Part shown: positions 62,214 through 64,000 of the stretch, one piece after another
Numbering within the stretch: position 1 is the first letter of the stretch
How the letters are laid out: each line of letters opens with the position of its first letter
Assembly (NCBI GenBank): GCA_963713865.1
Contig: OY970208.1
Coordinates: 2,336,001-2,400,000, forward strand
Length of the DNA stretch: 64,000 nucleotides
Source of the DNA: an uncultured candidate division Zixibacteria bacterium
GTDB lineage: Bacteria > Zixibacteria > MSB-5A5 > RBG-16-43-9
Direction of reading: 5' to 3'
Program-made: the position numbers and the translations under genes
Notes under the pieces: generated by a model
Databases searched by the model: none
What the model was told of the DNA's origin: nothing
The model's input: the letters and a program-made list of their open reading frames with translations, nothing else

Positions 62214-62382
62214 TCCTTCTTTATGTTTTTTGTAGCGTCAGGGTTTATCCCTGAGGTTATCTTTTTCCTATGGAGTATAAAGCTTTAGCTTTATTTTTTG
62301 TAAACCTGAAGGTTTACACTCCAAGTTTTTTCGTCGGGCGTAAAGCCCGACGCTACATCTTTGATCCATCATCCGCTATCCG

Positions 62383-64000
62383 TCATCTATCATTGTATTT
62401 AAACTGCATCTCATACAGCTTTTTATACAGCCCCTCTTCTTTTATCAAGTCCTGATGCTTCCCTATCTGAACTATTTTTCCATCATCAATGACTACAATC
62501 TTATCCGCATTTTGAATGGTGGAAAGGCGGTGAGCAATTACGAAAGTGGTGCGGTTCTTCATCAGCCGGTCGATTGCCTCCTGCACCAAAAGCTCTGATT
62601 CAGAGTCTAAAGCAGAGGTAGCTTCATCGAAGATTAAAATAGAAGGATTTTTATATAGAGCCCGCGCAATGGCAATTCTCTGCCTTTCACCACCGGAAAG
62701 CTTGACTCCCCTGTCACCGATTACCGTTTGGTATCTCTCCGGAATATTCTGAATGAAATCATAAGCATTAGCCATTTTAACTGCTTCTTCTACTTTCTCC
62801 AGTTCAGCTTTTTCATCGCCGTAGGCGATGTTATTCCAGATCGTATCATTAAAAAGTATGGTCTCCTGAGTAACTATCCCCATCAGGTTACGCAGAGAAT
62901 TCAAATCTATATCTCTTAAATCTATTCCATCAACTTCTATAACCCCTTCAGTCGGATCATAGAAACGGGGAAGCAAATCTACTAAAGTCGATTTGCCTGC
63001 ACCCGAAGGACCCACCAGTGCAACTATTTCTCCGGCTTTCACCTCCAGATCGATTTTATCTAAAGCAATCTTCTTGCTGTCATATCTGAATGAAACCTTT
63101 TTAAATCTAACTCCTTCGTTTAAGCTTTCGAGCTTTTTACCATCAACCGGGCTTTTTATTTTTGGCTGGGTATCCAGAACCTCGAAAATCCTGGTAGCTG
63201 CCGCTAATCCCTGCTGAATATCGATATTCACGTGGCTCAATATTTTCAAAGGCTGCATTAAAGAGAACATCGCTACCAGAAAGAGAAAGAACCGGTCCGG
63301 AGTAAGCCCTCCACCTGCCAGGATACTTCTTCCTCCGAACCAGAGGATCAAAACTCCCGCAATCACGCCAAAAAATTCAGTCAAAGGTGGAGCCAGGGAG
63401 CCAACCCTGGTCAGCCGTACCATCGTCTTGAAATAATCCCGGGTATAACTAAAAAATTTCCTGGTTTCAAACCCTTCCATCGCAAAAGCTTTGACTACTT
63501 TTATCCCGGAAACGGTCTCCTGTAAAACAGAAGTGATATTACCCATCTTCTGCTGGGACAAAATACTTCTGGAGCGTAATTTTTTTCCTATTTGAGTGAT
63601 TATTAAAATGCTGGGTGGAAGAAGAAGCATAGCAACCAAAGTTAATTTCCAGCTTGCCCAGATAACCAGGAAAAGATATGCAATCACTAAAAAAAGCTCA
63701 CGCAATCCACCGGCAAATCCTGAAGTAACCGCACCCCTTACCAGAGTAACATCATTGGTCACTCTGGAGATTAAAACGCCAGTCTTTTTCCCGTGAAAAT
63801 ACTCTAAGGGCAGAAGATGGTAATGAGCATAAAGCTTATTCCTCAGGTCCCGCACCACCCCTTCCTGGACCAGCACCATAAGATAATTCTCTAAATACCA
63901 GAAAATATTCTTAAGTAAGAAGATTATTAAGATAAAGACACACAACCGCTTAAGACTATCGACTTTATCTTTTCCTTTAAGCCAGAAATCAAACTTTTCC
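62383..64000 (-). CDS. MsbA-like ABC exporter (5' end outside the window)
   Basis: TM domain, GPSGAGKST, LSGGERQRIAIARA, IFDEATSALD, IAHRL; frame stays open to 64000. Confidence 0.9.
   Translation of the reverse strand, partial: EKFDFWLKGKDKVDSLKRLCVFILIIFLLKNIFWYLENYLMVLVQEGVVRDLRNKLYAHYHLLPLEYFHGKKTGVLISRVTNDVTLVRGAVTSGFAGGLRELFLVIAYLFLVIWASWKLTLVAMLLLPPSILIITQIGKKLRSRSILSQQKMGNITSVLQETVSGIKVVKAFAMEGFETRKFFSYTRDYFKTMVRLTRVGSLAPPLTEFFGVIAGVLILWFGGRSILAGGGLTPDRFFLFLVAMFSLMQPLKILSHVNIDIQQGLAAATRIFEVLDTQPKIKSPVDGKKLESLNEGVRFKKVSFRYDSKKIALDKIDLEVKAGEIVALVGPSGAGKSTLVDLLPRFYDPTEGVIEVDGIDLRDIDLNSLRNLMGIVTQETILFNDTIWNNIAYGDEKAELEKVEEAVKMANAYDFIQNIPERYQTVIGDRGVKLSGGERQRIAIARALYKNPSILIFDEATSALDSESELLVQEAIDRLMKNRTTFVIAHRLSTIQNADKIVVIDDGKIVQIGKHQDLIKEEGLYKKLYEMQFKYNDR

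Overview
A 64-kb bacterial chromosomal window, AT-rich and mostly minus-strand. The C-terminal dockerin-like tails (GD[AV]NxD...DVIYLINYLFKGGPxP) suggest an FCB-group lineage such as Zixibacteria, which is an inference. Housekeeping genes: aminotransferase, transketolase, coaE, polA, PBP1A, tyrS, deoB-cdd-deoC-pdp, an F1Fo ATP synthase operon lacking atpC, murJ, rpsT, rel, pgeF and an msbA-like/glycosyltransferase cluster. Main observations: (1) two highly similar, oppositely oriented genes for secreted papain/C39-like dockerin proteins bracket pbp1A-tyrS as a ~2.4-kb inverted repeat, a potentially invertible cassette that could swap C-terminal tails; (2) a murJ-comEC-DUF4388-(three extra roadblock proteins)-mglA-mglB-pilB cluster whose MglA has a long charged tail ending in an amphipathic helix; (3) five sigma-28-like promoters facing envelope/polarity genes, plus an orphan perfect Shine-Dalgarno 63-70 nt upstream of three exported-protein genes; (4) a 94-nt structured RNA candidate between cdd and deoC; (5) four +1 frameshifts sharing a CCAGR context, probably motif-linked sequencing errors; (6) a Rieske/cytochrome b-dihaem c fusion, a ferredoxin-geranylgeranyl reductase pair, and many REP-like and heptamer repeats. 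I saw no rRNA, tRNA, CRISPR array, transposase or integrase. All product calls come from motif recognition, not database searches.
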